From NCBI GenBank assembly GCA_965204535.1, contig CBDBEV010000001.1, positions 1,856,001 to 1,920,000 on the forward strand: a stretch of DNA of 64,000 nucleotides, read 5' to 3'. Positions within the stretch are counted from its first letter, which is position 1, and each line of letters begins with the position of its first letter. The position numbers and the translations under genes were made by a program. This DNA is from a bacterium. Lineage in GTDB: Bacteria > UBA8248. Below are positions 8,908-21,256 of the stretch, one piece after another. A model generated the notes under the pieces. That model saw nothing but the letters and a program-made list of their open reading frames with translations. It was not told the DNA's origin and did not search any database.

Positions 8908-9999
8908 TCAAGCCTCGTCCTCGATATAGCCGCCGAGCGCCTCTCGTATGAAATCCAGAGGATGCCCCTCTCTGATGAGCATGAAGCCCTCCGCCAAGCA
9001 TTCGAGCTTCCTGCGCTCCCTGTCGAGGCGCGTCTGCCCCTTTCGGCTGAGGAGCCTCTCGACGTCTTCTATCGTGGCGCCCTCGAGCGCCCACTTGAGC
9101 CCCGTCTTGAGGAGCGGTTCCTGAATCCATTCGAGGCGCTCCGCAATCGCGCCGCCCTCATCGCGCGACGCCAGGCCCGCGAGCTCCACGCACAGGCTGA
9201 TGATGTCGACCGACGCCTGGGCCGAGGGAGAAAACCGGACGCCCGGCAGGCGCTCGTAATCCGCCTCGCCCTCGGGCAGAAAGGCAACGAGTCTCGCGCG
9301 CGCACGATCCTCGCTCACGCCTTCGAGTATCGCCACCGCGCCCTCGATGGCGATCTCCTTGTTCCTTTCCGTCGCTGCGAGGGAGGACTCGATTTGCCGG
9401 GCGAGAATCATCTCGGCCTCATCCCAGGGCGCCTGATCCACCAGCATCCGAAGGCCGGTGGAGAAAATACCGTCCGGGCTCCGCTCGAGAGCCGGCTCCA
9501 GCGAGAGCAGCCCGTGCTGTTCCGCCCGCGCGGCCAGAACGACGATGAGCGACACGGCGTGCTCGGCCTTGGCTTCAGAGGAGTGAAACGCGGCGAGCCC
9601 CTCTTCGAGCGTCCGGTCCAGCGGGGGGATGGAGTCGTCGGCAGGCCCGTCGAACGTAATGTCGCCGTGGTTCTTCATGGCGTAGGCGGTCTGCATCAAC
9701 ATCTGGCGCGCTTCGACGCTTCGCTCGATTTCCATGGAGCCTGAGCGCTCGATTTCCTCGCGCATGTGGACCGCGTTCTTCGAAGATACGTTCCTGAGCA
9801 CACGCTCGACCACCCGCGAATCGGCATCGCGAAGCGCCAGAACGAGGATTTCGGGATCCATGCGCTCGATGACGCGCCTGAGCGCGCGGCCCGACATCTC
9901 CGCGAAGGGGGTCAGGTCCGGATTCTCGCCGGGAGGAAAATGATGAAAGCCGGGGCCTCCCATGCCGCCGTCGCCCCAGCCGTCGCCGCTGAAATTCAT
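8908..9999 (-). CDS. FliG C-terminal domain fused to two MotA cytoplasmic-like repeats
   Basis: aa ~28-116 resemble FliG_C (LVLALRDA...RNVSSKNAVHMREE...EARQ...GDI); two repeats resemble MotA cytoplasmic segments (GLLSLE...GLRMLVD...IAIEGAVAILEG); no long hydrophobic helices. Confidence 0.7.
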   Translation of the reverse strand: MNFSGDGWGDGGMGGPGFHHFPPGENPDLTPFAEMSGRALRRVIERMDPEILVLALRDADSRVVERVLRNVSSKNAVHMREEIERSGSMEIERSVEARQMLMQTAYAMKNHGDITFDGPADDSIPPLDRTLEEGLAAFHSSEAKAEHAVSLIVVLAARAEQHGLLSLEPALERSPDGIFSTGLRMLVDQAPWDEAEMILARQIESSLAATERNKEIAIEGAVAILEGVSEDRARARLVAFLPEGEADYERLPGVRFSPSAQASVDIISLCVELAGLASRDEGGAIAERLEWIQEPLLKTGLKWALEGATIEDVERLLSRKGQTRLDRERRKLECLAEGFMLIREGHPLDFIREALGGYIEDEA

Positions 10000-10006
10000 T
10001 TTCGCG

Positions 10007-11650
10007 TCAGTTCTCCTCGGCCAGCTTGGGCGGCTGAACGGAACGGTTCACGTAGAATTGCTGGGCGATGGAGAGCAGGTTGTTCACCAACCAGTAGATC
10101 ACCAGCCCCACGGGCACGGGATAGAAGATGAACATGCCCGTGAAGACGACGGGCATGAGCATCATCATCTTCGCCTGGGTGGGGTCGCCCGCGGTGGGCG
10201 TCATCTTCTGCTGCAGGAACATCGAAGCGCCCATGAGTATCGTATACACGTGATAGGGGTCCTGCACCGAGAGGTCCTGCACCCAGCCGAAAAAGGGCGC
10301 GTTGCGCAACTCTATCGACACCAGGAGGGCTTCGTACAGCCCGAAGAAGACGGGTATCTGTATCAGCATGGGCAGACAGCCCATCATCGGGTTGACCTTG
10401 TGCTCCTTATACAGGGCCATGGTCTGCTCGTTCAGCCTGTTTTTGTCGTCTTTATATATCTCGCGGAGCTGCGTGATGCGCGGCTGGAGCTTTTGCATCT
10501 CCTTCATGTTGCGCATGCTGACGTGGGTGAGCGGGTAGAAGATGATCTTCACCACGATGGTCAGCAGGATGATGGCCACGCCCCAGTTGCCCACGAACCC
10601 GTGGAAAAAACGCAGGATCGACATGAGCGGCTTGGCGATGAAGGAGAACATCCCGTAGTCCAGGGAGTCCTCGAGGTTGACCTTGAGTTTTTCGAGGTGG
10701 TCCAACGCCTTCGGCCCCACGTAGACATCGAAGGCCGCATCGACGTCCTTTCCCTGCGCGAAAGGAACGATGGCGGCGTATTCGCTTAAGTCGTCCGTCT
10801 GGGATAGAAGGCGTATCTCCGCTCCGCCCGCTCCGCCTCGGGGGATGAGCGCCGCGATGAAGTGCTTCGACTGGAGCGATGTCCACTTGAGGCTCTCGCC
10901 GTGGGTGACGGGTTTTGCCTCCTCGGGATAGTCGTATTCGAGTTCTTCGCCCACAAAGCTCATGGGACCCTCGATGACGCCGCCGTAGGTGTTGCCGTCG
11001 CTCCCGCCGACACGCGGCCCCCAGACGACGCCCATCGCCTCGGCCCCGGAGGGACGGGTGACGCGAATCCTCGTGCGGATGTTGAATTCGTTGTGGCGGA
11101 AGGTGAGCGCCTTCTCCGCCGAGAGGCCGTCGGCGCCGCGGTAGACGAAGCGAACCGTCCCTTCCGGGTTCGTCTTCGAGAGCGAGAGGTCGCCGCCCTC
11201 GACCTCGTAGGAAGCCTCGTTGAGCCGCTGCGCCGTCTTTCCGCCCCAGAAGAAAAGGGGCCGCACGTCCGGGCGGCCCGGAGGCACGAGCTGGACGGAA
11301 TTCTTTTCGCCCTGTTTGTATTTCAGAAGACGCGCGGACAAGAACCCCGCGCCCCGGTTGGTCAACTCATACACCGCGTCGCCCACGTCCACGCGAACAC
11401 GCCGGCCGGGAGCGGCTTCCGTCGGCGCGGACGGAGCGGCGGGCGTGGACGGTTGGCCGGCGACGGAAGCGGGCGACCTGAGCGGCGTGCTCGCGGCGCT
11501 CCCCCGTTCCCTGTTCTGGGCCGCCGCGCGCTCCTTGGCCACCTTCTGCTTCTGGGCCTGCTCGTCTTCCATGGGCTTCACGACGAGGTATTGCCAGCCG
11601 ATCAGTATCGCCATCGACAAGACGGCGGCGAGAATCGCGTTTCTTTCCAT
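10007..11650 (-). CDS. yidC: Membrane protein insertase YidC
   Basis: GNWGVAIILLTIVVK, NPMMGCLPMLIQIPVF, GLVIYWLVNN motifs; synteny. Confidence 0.95.
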   Translation of the reverse strand: MERNAILAAVLSMAILIGWQYLVVKPMEDEQAQKQKVAKERAAAQNRERGSAASTPLRSPASVAGQPSTPAAPSAPTEAAPGRRVRVDVGDAVYELTNRGAGFLSARLLKYKQGEKNSVQLVPPGRPDVRPLFFWGGKTAQRLNEASYEVEGGDLSLSKTNPEGTVRFVYRGADGLSAEKALTFRHNEFNIRTRIRVTRPSGAEAMGVVWGPRVGGSDGNTYGGVIEGPMSFVGEELEYDYPEEAKPVTHGESLKWTSLQSKHFIAALIPRGGAGGAEIRLLSQTDDLSEYAAIVPFAQGKDVDAAFDVYVGPKALDHLEKLKVNLEDSLDYGMFSFIAKPLMSILRFFHGFVGNWGVAIILLTIVVKIIFYPLTHVSMRNMKEMQKLQPRITQLREIYKDDKNRLNEQTMALYKEHKVNPMMGCLPMLIQIPVFFGLYEALLVSIELRNAPFFGWVQDLSVQDPYHVYTILMGASMFLQQKMTPTAGDPTQAKMMMLMPVVFTGMFIFYPVPVGLVIYWLVNNLLSIAQQFYVNRSVQPPKLAEEN

Positions 11651-11676
11651 GATGTAAGGCGCCTCCGCCGGACCCC

Positions 11677-11964
11677 TCAGGGAACCGGATCGTTTCCCCC
11701 GGGGTGAAATGGATGGCAGCGCCCGATGCGGCGCACGGTGAGCCAAAAGGCCCGAGCGGGCGCGTGGCGCCTGAACGCCTCGAGCGCATAACAAGAACAA
11801 GAGGGTGAAAAGCGGCAATTGCCCGGCATCAGTGGAGACAAGACGAGCTGATACCCCCGAACCAGAACTATCGCCAGAGCACGGATCGCCCAAGAGACGG
11901 GGCCGAGCTCTTTTTCAGGAATTCGTTTTCCCGTGGAAAGCGTTGCGGAACGCCCTTTCAACAT
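11677..11964 (-). CDS. yidD: Membrane protein insertion efficiency factor YidD (start uncertain)
   Basis: YQLVLSP...CRFSPSCS.YA...RIGRCHPFHPGGNDPVP. Confidence 0.9.
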   Translation of the reverse strand: MLKGRSATLSTGKRIPEKELGPVSWAIRALAIVLVRGYQLVLSPLMPGNCRFSPSCSCYALEAFRRHAPARAFWLTVRRIGRCHPFHPGGNDPVP

Positions 11965-12262
11965 CCTCTAACCTCGCCTTGGCGATCGAGCCCCTCGCCA
12001 CGGCCACAAGGTCCACTCCTGGGGGGAGCCGTGAGCCGTGACGCCGAAACACCTCGCGGAGGAGCCGTTTGGCGCGATTCCTCTGGACGGCGCCGCCCAC
12101 CCGGCGCGACGCGATGATGCCGAGGCGCGCGCAATCCCGCGAAGGAGTCGGCAGGATATGCAGCGTGAAATACGGACACCTGCGCTTGCGTCCTTTTCTG
12201 AGAACGGCAGCGAAGTCGCTCCCCTTGCGGATTCGCCGCTCCGGCGGGAAGCCCTCGTCCAT
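11915..12262 (-). CDS. rnpA: Ribonuclease P protein component
   Basis: RLGIIASRRVGGAVQRNRAKRLLREVFR (RNR motif). Confidence 0.93.
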   Translation of the reverse strand: MDEGFPPERRIRKGSDFAAVLRKGRKRRCPYFTLHILPTPSRDCARLGIIASRRVGGAVQRNRAKRLLREVFRRHGSRLPPGVDLVAVARGSIAKARLEDVERAFRNAFHGKTNS

Positions 12263-12306
12263 GCCCGCGCCCTCCCGGTCGAGGGTCGGCAAGCCCGGCG
12301 CACCGT

Positions 12307-12447
12307 CTAGGCGGAAACGCCGAGCCGCTTGCGGCCCTTGGCCCGCCGACGCCTGATGATTGCGCGTCCGCCGGTGGTCTTCATCCGGCGGCGAAACCCG
12401 TGCGTCTTCGTTCGTTTTCTTCTGTTCGGCTGGTAAGTTCGTTTCAC
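12307..12447 (-). CDS. rpmH: 50S ribosomal protein L34
   Basis: Below the ORF-track cutoff; manual translation [46 protein letters not shown]. Confidence 0.96.
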   Translation of the reverse strand: MKRTYQPNRRKRTKTHGFRRRMKTTGGRAIIRRRRAKGRKRLGVSA

Positions 12448-12684
12448 CAACTACTCCGTCTGCCGGCCCAAAAGCCGAGCGTTAAACCCGACATATAACG
12501 CTTGAGAGAGGCTTCCCCAAGAAGCCGAGCGTAAAGTAGCCACCAAAATCCCGATTGTCAAGAACCTCCTGCGGGGGTGCTCGAACTTACCGGCCCCGAA
12601 TGGACGGGAAGCCGGCTGCGCGTACCGTTCGTTGCTCCTTCGAAGAAGAAAAATCCTCGTTTGCCGGAGAAATGCCATATTTTT

Positions 12685-12763
12685 TGTGGAAAACCCTTGC
12701 CTTTCGAGGCGCTTTGTGGAAAAGTGCTCCCTCGGGTCAAGTTTTGTCCCGCCCTGTGGAAAA
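12685..12763. promoter_or_regulatory. Three DnaA-box-like 9-mers upstream of dnaA
   Basis: TGTGGAAAA (reverse complement TTTTCCACA, 1 mismatch from TTATCCACA) at 12685, 12715 and 12755. Confidence 0.75.
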
Positions 12764-12827
12764 ACCCGTTCCTGCGCGGCGCAAAAAGCCCTCGTCGCGC
12801 CCTGAATGCTACGAATTGGTTCTCCGT

Positions 12828-14159
12828 ATGACGACTCTTTGGCAACGCTGCGCGGAAAAAATCGAGCAAGAGGTCTCCCCCCAGACGTTCTCCCGCTGGT
12901 TTGCCGGCATCGAAGAGTTGAATTCGAGCGAGAACACGCTGGCGATTCAGGCCCCTGATCCGTTCACGGCGGGGACCCTGCGCTCGCGCTACTGGGGAAT
13001 CATCCAGGACGTCCTCGAACAAGAGGCCGGGCCGAACGTGATGATTGCCCTCTCGGCGAGCGACGCTCCGACAAACGGAACGATCGTCTCAGACGCGCCG
13101 GTCCCGGCCGAGAAGGAAACGGAGCCCCCGGAGAAACCGGCCTTTCTCAATCCCAGGTATCGTTTCGACAACTTCGTGGTGGGAGGATCGAACCAATTCG
13201 CCCATGCCTGCAGCCTCCGCCTGGCGGACGGCCTGGGAGCCTCCCTCTTCCCGCTTTTCATCTACGGCGGGGTGGGGCTCGGAAAAACCCATCTGATGCA
13301 CGCCATCGCCCACCACATTCTCGATCGACAGCCGAGGACGCGCATCTTCTATACTTCTTCGGAAAGCTTCATCAACGACCTCATCGCCTCGATTCGACAA
13401 AACCAGATGGCCGCCTTCAGGAGCAAATACCGACAAGTAGACGTCCTGATGATAGACGACATACAGTTCATCGCCGGAAAGGAACGCACCCAGGAGGAGT
13501 TCTTCTTCACTTTCGATTCATTGCAACGAGAAAGGAAACAGGTCGTCATCACGAGCGATAAAACGCCCGGAGACACGCCGGGGCTGGAGAATCGCCTCAG
13601 GTCGCGCTTCAGCTCAGGCATGATGGCGGATATCGGCGCACCGGACTTCGAGACCAAAGTGGCCATCCTGCAGAAAAAAGCGAGCGAACAAGATCTCGTC
13701 CTCCACAGGGAAGTCGCCCACTATATCGCCGACAGGGTTCGCTCCAACGTCCGCGAACTCGAGGGCTGCCTCATCAGACTCAACATCTACGCTTCTTTGC
13801 ACGACATCGAGATCGACCTTCCCATCGCGCAGGAGATACTGCAGGGCATCATCCGCGACCCCGCCCGCAATTCCTCGGTAGACAACATCCAGAAAATCGT
13901 CGCCGAGCACTTCCAGGTCCGGGTCGCCGACCTGAAATCGAAAAACCGCTCGCGCTCTTTCGCCGTTCCCCGGCAGATCGCCATGTTCCTCGCGAGGAAA
14001 CTAACGCGCGCCTCGACCACGGAAATCGGCCGCCGCTTCGGCGGGAAGGACCACTCCACGGTGATTCACTCCACCAAGAAAATCGAGGGCCTGATCAAAA
14101 CAGACCCGTCTCTCTCCGCCACCATCCAAACACTCGAGCAAAAGATAGATATCTCTTGA
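12828..14159 (+). CDS. dnaA: Chromosomal replication initiator DnaA
   Basis: LNPRYRFDNFVVG, YGGVGLGKTHL, IDDIQF, FGGKDHSTV. Confidence 0.97.
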   Translation: MTTLWQRCAEKIEQEVSPQTFSRWFAGIEELNSSENTLAIQAPDPFTAGTLRSRYWGIIQDVLEQEAGPNVMIALSASDAPTNGTIVSDAPVPAEKETEPPEKPAFLNPRYRFDNFVVGGSNQFAHACSLRLADGLGASLFPLFIYGGVGLGKTHLMHAIAHHILDRQPRTRIFYTSSESFINDLIASIRQNQMAAFRSKYRQVDVLMIDDIQFIAGKERTQEEFFFTFDSLQRERKQVVITSDKTPGDTPGLENRLRSRFSSGMMADIGAPDFETKVAILQKKASEQDLVLHREVAHYIADRVRSNVRELEGCLIRLNIYASLHDIEIDLPIAQEILQGIIRDPARNSSVDNIQKIVAEHFQVRVADLKSKNRSRSFAVPRQIAMFLARKLTRASTTEIGRRFGGKDHSTVIHSTKKIEGLIKTDPSLSATIQTLEQKIDIS

Positions 14160-14392
14160 AACACCCGTGGAAAGAATTGTGGATAACCACGTTATTTACC
14201 CTGCATTCCTTGCGCCCAAAGAAGAAACACCCAACCACCCGCATCGAATCACAAATAATTCCACACCCCTCAGGCCGGGAAAGCACTCTTTTTTGAACAT
14301 CTTGCGAGGTTATCCACAATATCACCGCTCCCGCTACTACTGCTATTTAAGTATTATATAGTTCTAAAAGAATTAGTATCTGAGGATATCCT
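14160..14392. other. Replication origin oriC (probable unwinding region)
   Basis: Perfect DnaA boxes TGTGGATAA (14178-14186) and TTATCCACA (14310-14318), then CTACTACTGCTA trio-like repeats (14334-14345) and an AT-rich tract. Confidence 0.85.
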
Positions 14393-15508
14393 TTGCGCCT
14401 CATCGAACTCACGCTCAAAAACTTCAGAAACTATCCAAGGCTCGAATTCGGACCGCACCCCGGGTTTAACTATATTTTCGGCAACAACGGATCGGGCAAG
14501 ACGAACCTGCTGGAAGCCATTTACTATCTCTCGCATCTGCGTTCTTTTCGACGGGCATCCAGGGAGAAGATGGTGCTTCACGGCGTAGGGGGAATGTATG
14601 CGTCCGGCGTGTTCTCCGGGGACGGAGGCGGCGCGGAAACGAGGCTTGAGGCCGCTGTAAGCGGACGTGAGAGAAAATACAAGAAGGATGGGCAGGAGTT
14701 GCGGGGCTTGATGCCCTATCTCGACAGCTCCCACGTCATCGTCTTTTTTCCCGAGACGACCCAGATAGTCAAGGAGGGCCCCGGAGCGAGGAGACGTTTT
14801 TTCGATCAGGCGATCGCAGCCGTCGAACCGGCCCATCTCGAAGATTCCAGGGCCTATGCGAAACTGCTCTCGGAGAGGAATCATCTTTTGAGAAACGAGT
14901 CTGAATCTGCTATGATTCAGGTGTGGCAGGAGCGATTGATCGAGGTGGCCGCCCGCATTATCGTCCGCAGGAAAAGATACATAAATTCACTAAAAAACCG
15001 GCTGAATCACCTGGAGAGTTTGTTTGGGGAAACGCAGGGGTCCAGGGTTTCGGTGGCATATGAAGCCAATGGTCTTCCGGGAGGAGACGAGAAAGCGGAA
15101 GGGGATATACGAGAGGGCCTGCAGGCGACGGCCGGGAGGCTCGCGAGAGAGGAAGCAAGGAGAAAAACGACGCTTTGGGGTCCCCGGTTCGATGATTTCC
15201 ACCTGTTTTGGGAGGGACGCCGGGCGAAGGATGTTGCTTCCCAGGGCGAACAGCGGCTCACTACGATATTGCTGGTGTCGGCGAACGCCGAGGAATACAA
15301 GGAGAGGAGAAAGGAGACCCCCGTCGTTTTACTCGACGATCTGGGTTCCGAGCTCGACGTGGACAGGAAAAAGAGGATGCTGTTGTTTCTCGGCTCCCTG
15401 GGAGCGCAAACGTTCATCACGTCGACCGAAGAACCCGGCATGAGCGCAAACGAGATTGACGGAAGAACTTTTCTGGTTCGAGACGCAACGGTTGAAAGGA
15501 TAGATTGA
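14393..15508 (+). CDS. recF: DNA replication and repair protein RecF
   Basis: NFRNY, GNNGSGKTNLLEAI, ASQGEQR, LLDDLGSELD. Confidence 0.93.
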   Translation: MRLIELTLKNFRNYPRLEFGPHPGFNYIFGNNGSGKTNLLEAIYYLSHLRSFRRASREKMVLHGVGGMYASGVFSGDGGGAETRLEAAVSGRERKYKKDGQELRGLMPYLDSSHVIVFFPETTQIVKEGPGARRRFFDQAIAAVEPAHLEDSRAYAKLLSERNHLLRNESESAMIQVWQERLIEVAARIIVRRKRYINSLKNRLNHLESLFGETQGSRVSVAYEANGLPGGDEKAEGDIREGLQATAGRLAREEARRKTTLWGPRFDDFHLFWEGRRAKDVASQGEQRLTTILLVSANAEEYKERRKETPVVLLDDLGSELDVDRKKRMLLFLGSLGAQTFITSTEEPGMSANEIDGRTFLVRDATVERID

Positions 15509-18013
<2,505 letters not shown>

Positions 18014-18049
18014 CGCGCAAGCCCTACCCCGCCCGGAATTTCCCCGGAG

Positions 18050-18508
18050 CTAGAAACGCGCTTCCTCGTGACAGCGCACACACGCGCCGTGTACCTCGAA
18101 CAACGCCTTGGCGGTCGCGGCGATATCTTTGCTCTTCGCCGCCCTGGCAAGCGCAGTGGCCGCGCCCTCGAGCTGGCGCGAGAAAGTGAGCATCGAGTTG
18201 TCTCCCTGGAATTCCTCAACGGAGGGCAGGACTTTCGCCGTGGTGACCATTGATTCCGCGTGTTTTGCGATGGTTGCGTAAGGAGTGTCGTTCACGAGTT
18301 CCTGAACGGAGGTGATGAGGGCGGCTTTCACAAGCGCGCCGAAGTCCGCGTCGAGCTTCTCCATCAAGTCTGCCACTTCGTATGAATGGGCCTCGCCGCT
18401 CCCGGCTTTATGGCTCTCAGCCATGATAGAAGCGGCGAGGATCGACGCAAGGAAAACGACGGCCGCCAACAGATAGATACGGCAATGCGCCGGGAGTGCG
18501 AGTCGCAT
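18050..18508 (-). CDS. Cytochrome c'-like (class II) periplasmic cytochrome
   Basis: RBS GAGGAG, signal-like N-terminus, helical body, C-terminal CVRCH heme motif. Confidence 0.7.
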   Translation of the reverse strand: MRLALPAHCRIYLLAAVVFLASILAASIMAESHKAGSGEAHSYEVADLMEKLDADFGALVKAALITSVQELVNDTPYATIAKHAESMVTTAKVLPSVEEFQGDNSMLTFSRQLEGAATALARAAKSKDIAATAKALFEVHGACVRCHEEARF

Positions 18509-18818
18509 GATTCTCCTCACCCAAGAACAGGTCGGGATCTGAATTTTACCATCGTTTCCGAACCGCCTTATTGTCCATGAATGAAAGCGTCTGGGCAATC
18601 GCTGGAAATAAAGAGGGCCGAAGCTCATAACTTTTTGAAAAAACGCCGCTTACGTCCCATATAAAATTTGCGCACGTGGTTGTCCTGGTTTGCCGACACA
18701 CCCTTTTTGTGGTAAAAAGCAGTGTTTGTGTTTCGCCCGCCCAGGTTCGCCCCTCTCCGGTTTCAGGAGCTTTTGGGACGGCCCCAGATAACGCCGTCTG
18801 CAGGAGATTTTCGAGAGC

Positions 18819-21248
18819 ATGGACAACCTGAATGAAGTCAGCATCGAGCAGGAGATGAGCGCGTCCTTCATGGACTATGCGATGAGCGTCATCATCGCGC
18901 GCGCGCTTCCTGACGTGCGCGACGGGCTCAAGCCTGTGCAAAGGCGCATCCTCACCACGCTGAACGATCTGGGCCTCGCGCACAACAGGCCGTTTCGCAA
19001 GTGCGCGAAGATAGCCGGGGACGTGAGCGGAAACTACCACCCCCACGGCGAGGCGGTGGTCTACCCGGCGCTGGCGCGAATGGCGCAGGATTTCTCCCTG
19101 CGCGGCCTCCTGGTGGACGGGCAGGGCAACTTCGGCTCCGTGGACGGCGATCCGCCGGCGGCCATGCGCTACACCGAAGCGCGGATGACGCTGCTCGCCG
19201 AGAGCATGCTCGCCGACATCGAAAAAGACACCGTCGATTTCATTCCCAACTACGACAACACGCGAACGGAGCCCTCCGTACTCCCCGCCCGCGTACCCAA
19301 CCTGTTGCTGAACGGCTCCACGGGCATCGCCGTCGGCATGGCCACGAACATCCCGCCCCACAACCTGGGCGAGCTTTGCGAAGCGCTCGTTCATGTGCTT
19401 GAGAAAGAAGGCGCCGCGCTCGAGGGGATTCTCGAGAGAATGCCGGGGCCGGATTTTCCCACCGCGGGCATCATCTACGGGCGTTCGGGGATCAGGAGCT
19501 ACTACGAGACGGGCCGCGGTTCGCTGCAGTTGCGCGCCAAGGCGATTGTGGAAGTCAACGGGCGCACGAACCGCCAGTCCATCGTGGTGACCGAGATTCC
19601 CTACGCGCTCAACAAGGCGAGGCTGATAGAGAAGATTGCGGACCTGGTGCGCGAGCAGAAAATCAAAGACATCTCCGACATCCGGGACGAGAGCGACAGG
19701 AGCGGCATGCGCATCGTCATCGACCTCAAAAGAGACGCCGTAGGCGGGGCGGTCCTGAACCAGCTCTACAAGCACACCCAGATGCAGACGACCTTCGGCG
19801 TCATCCTGCTGGCCCTCGTGAACAACCAGCCCCGCGTGATGGGCGTGAAGGAGATGCTCTCCCACTTCCTGCGCTATCGCCGCGAGGTCATCCTCAGGCG
19901 CAGCCGCTTCGAGCTCAAAAAGGCCGAGAACAGGGCGCACATACTCGAGGGCTACCGCATCGCGCTCGACAACATCGAGGAAGTCATCGCTCTCATTCGG
20001 GGGAGCGAGACGCCCGAGGAGGCGCGCGCGGGCCTCATGCGGAATTTCGGGCTCACCCAGCCCCAGGCCCAGGCCATCCTGGAGATGAGGCTCCAGCGCC
20101 TCACGGGCCTTGAGCGCGACAAGATAGAAGCGGAATACAAGGAACTCCAGAAGACCATCGCCCATCTCCGCAAAGTGCTCGTGAATGAAAAGCTCCAGAC
20201 CTCCATCATCAAGGAAGAGCTTCTGGAAATCCGGGAGAAATTCGCGGACGGGCGTCGCACGGAGATTGTGGATGAGACGAGCGAGATATCGATCGAGGAC
20301 ATGATCGTCGAGGAAGACATGGCGGTCACCATCTCGAATTCGGGCTACATCAAGCGAAACGCCATCACCCTGTATCGCTCCCAGCGCCGCGGCGGCAAGG
20401 GCGTGATGGGCATGGGGACGAAACAAGAGGATTTCGTCGAACAACTCTTCATCGCCTCCACGCACGATTACATGATGTTCTTCACCTCGCGCGGGCGCTG
20501 CCATTGGCTCAAGGTGCACGAGATTCCCCAGGGAGGCCGGGCGGCGCGCGGCAAGGCCATCGTGAACGTGCTTCAGTTGGCGGCGGGCGAGTTCGTCTCC
20601 GCCGTCATGCCCGTGCGCAAGTTCGAGCCCGATCGCTACATCCTCATGGCGACCAAGCAAGGAGTGCTCAAGAAGACGCAACTCACGGCGTTCAGCAATC
20701 CGAGGGTGGGCGGAATCATCGCGCTCAATCTCGACGAAGGGGACGAACTCATCGGCGTCGGCCAGACCGACGGCAGCCTCGACGTGTTTCTCGGAACGAA
20801 AGGCGGCAAGGCCATCCGCTTCCCGGAGGGCAAGGTTCGCGCCATGGGCAGGAGCGCGCGCGGCGTGCGCGGAATCGATCTGGCGGCGGGCGATTGCGTG
20901 ATCGGAATGGAAGTCGTCTCGCCGGGAAACATCATTCTCACCGCCACTGAGTTCGGCTACGGCAAGCGCAGCCGCGTGGATGACTACCGGCTGACGAACC
21001 GGGGCGGCAAGGGCGTGATCAACATCAAGGTGACCGAGAAAAACGGGCCGGTCGTCGGCATCCGCCGCGTGACCGAGGACGATGAATTTATGCTTATCAC
21101 CACCGGGGGACAACTCATTCGCTCCCGGGTTCAGGATGTTTCCATCATCGGACGCGCCACGCAGGGCGTTCGCCTCATCGGGGTCAAGGAGGGAGACCGC
21201 GTCGCGGCCCTGGCCCGCATCGAGGAGAATGGAAACGGTTCTCCGTAA
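18819..21248 (+). CDS. gyrA: DNA gyrase subunit A
   Basis: [25 protein letters not shown], GyrA-box QRRGGKG, pinwheel repeats. Confidence 0.97.
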   Translation: MDNLNEVSIEQEMSASFMDYAMSVIIARALPDVRDGLKPVQRRILTTLNDLGLAHNRPFRKCAKIAGDVSGNYHPHGEAVVYPALARMAQDFSLRGLLVDGQGNFGSVDGDPPAAMRYTEARMTLLAESMLADIEKDTVDFIPNYDNTRTEPSVLPARVPNLLLNGSTGIAVGMATNIPPHNLGELCEALVHVLEKEGAALEGILERMPGPDFPTAGIIYGRSGIRSYYETGRGSLQLRAKAIVEVNGRTNRQSIVVTEIPYALNKARLIEKIADLVREQKIKDISDIRDESDRSGMRIVIDLKRDAVGGAVLNQLYKHTQMQTTFGVILLALVNNQPRVMGVKEMLSHFLRYRREVILRRSRFELKKAENRAHILEGYRIALDNIEEVIALIRGSETPEEARAGLMRNFGLTQPQAQAILEMRLQRLTGLERDKIEAEYKELQKTIAHLRKVLVNEKLQTSIIKEELLEIREKFADGRRTEIVDETSEISIEDMIVEEDMAVTISNSGYIKRNAITLYRSQRRGGKGVMGMGTKQEDFVEQLFIASTHDYMMFFTSRGRCHWLKVHEIPQGGRAARGKAIVNVLQLAAGEFVSAVMPVRKFEPDRYILMATKQGVLKKTQLTAFSNPRVGGIIALNLDEGDELIGVGQTDGSLDVFLGTKGGKAIRFPEGKVRAMGRSARGVRGIDLAAGDCVIGMEVVSPGNIILTATEFGYGKRSRVDDYRLTNRGGKGVINIKVTEKNGPVVGIRRVTEDDEFMLITTGGQLIRSRVQDVSIIGRATQGVRLIGVKEGDRVAALARIEENGNGSP

Positions 21249-21256
21249 ACACTGGG

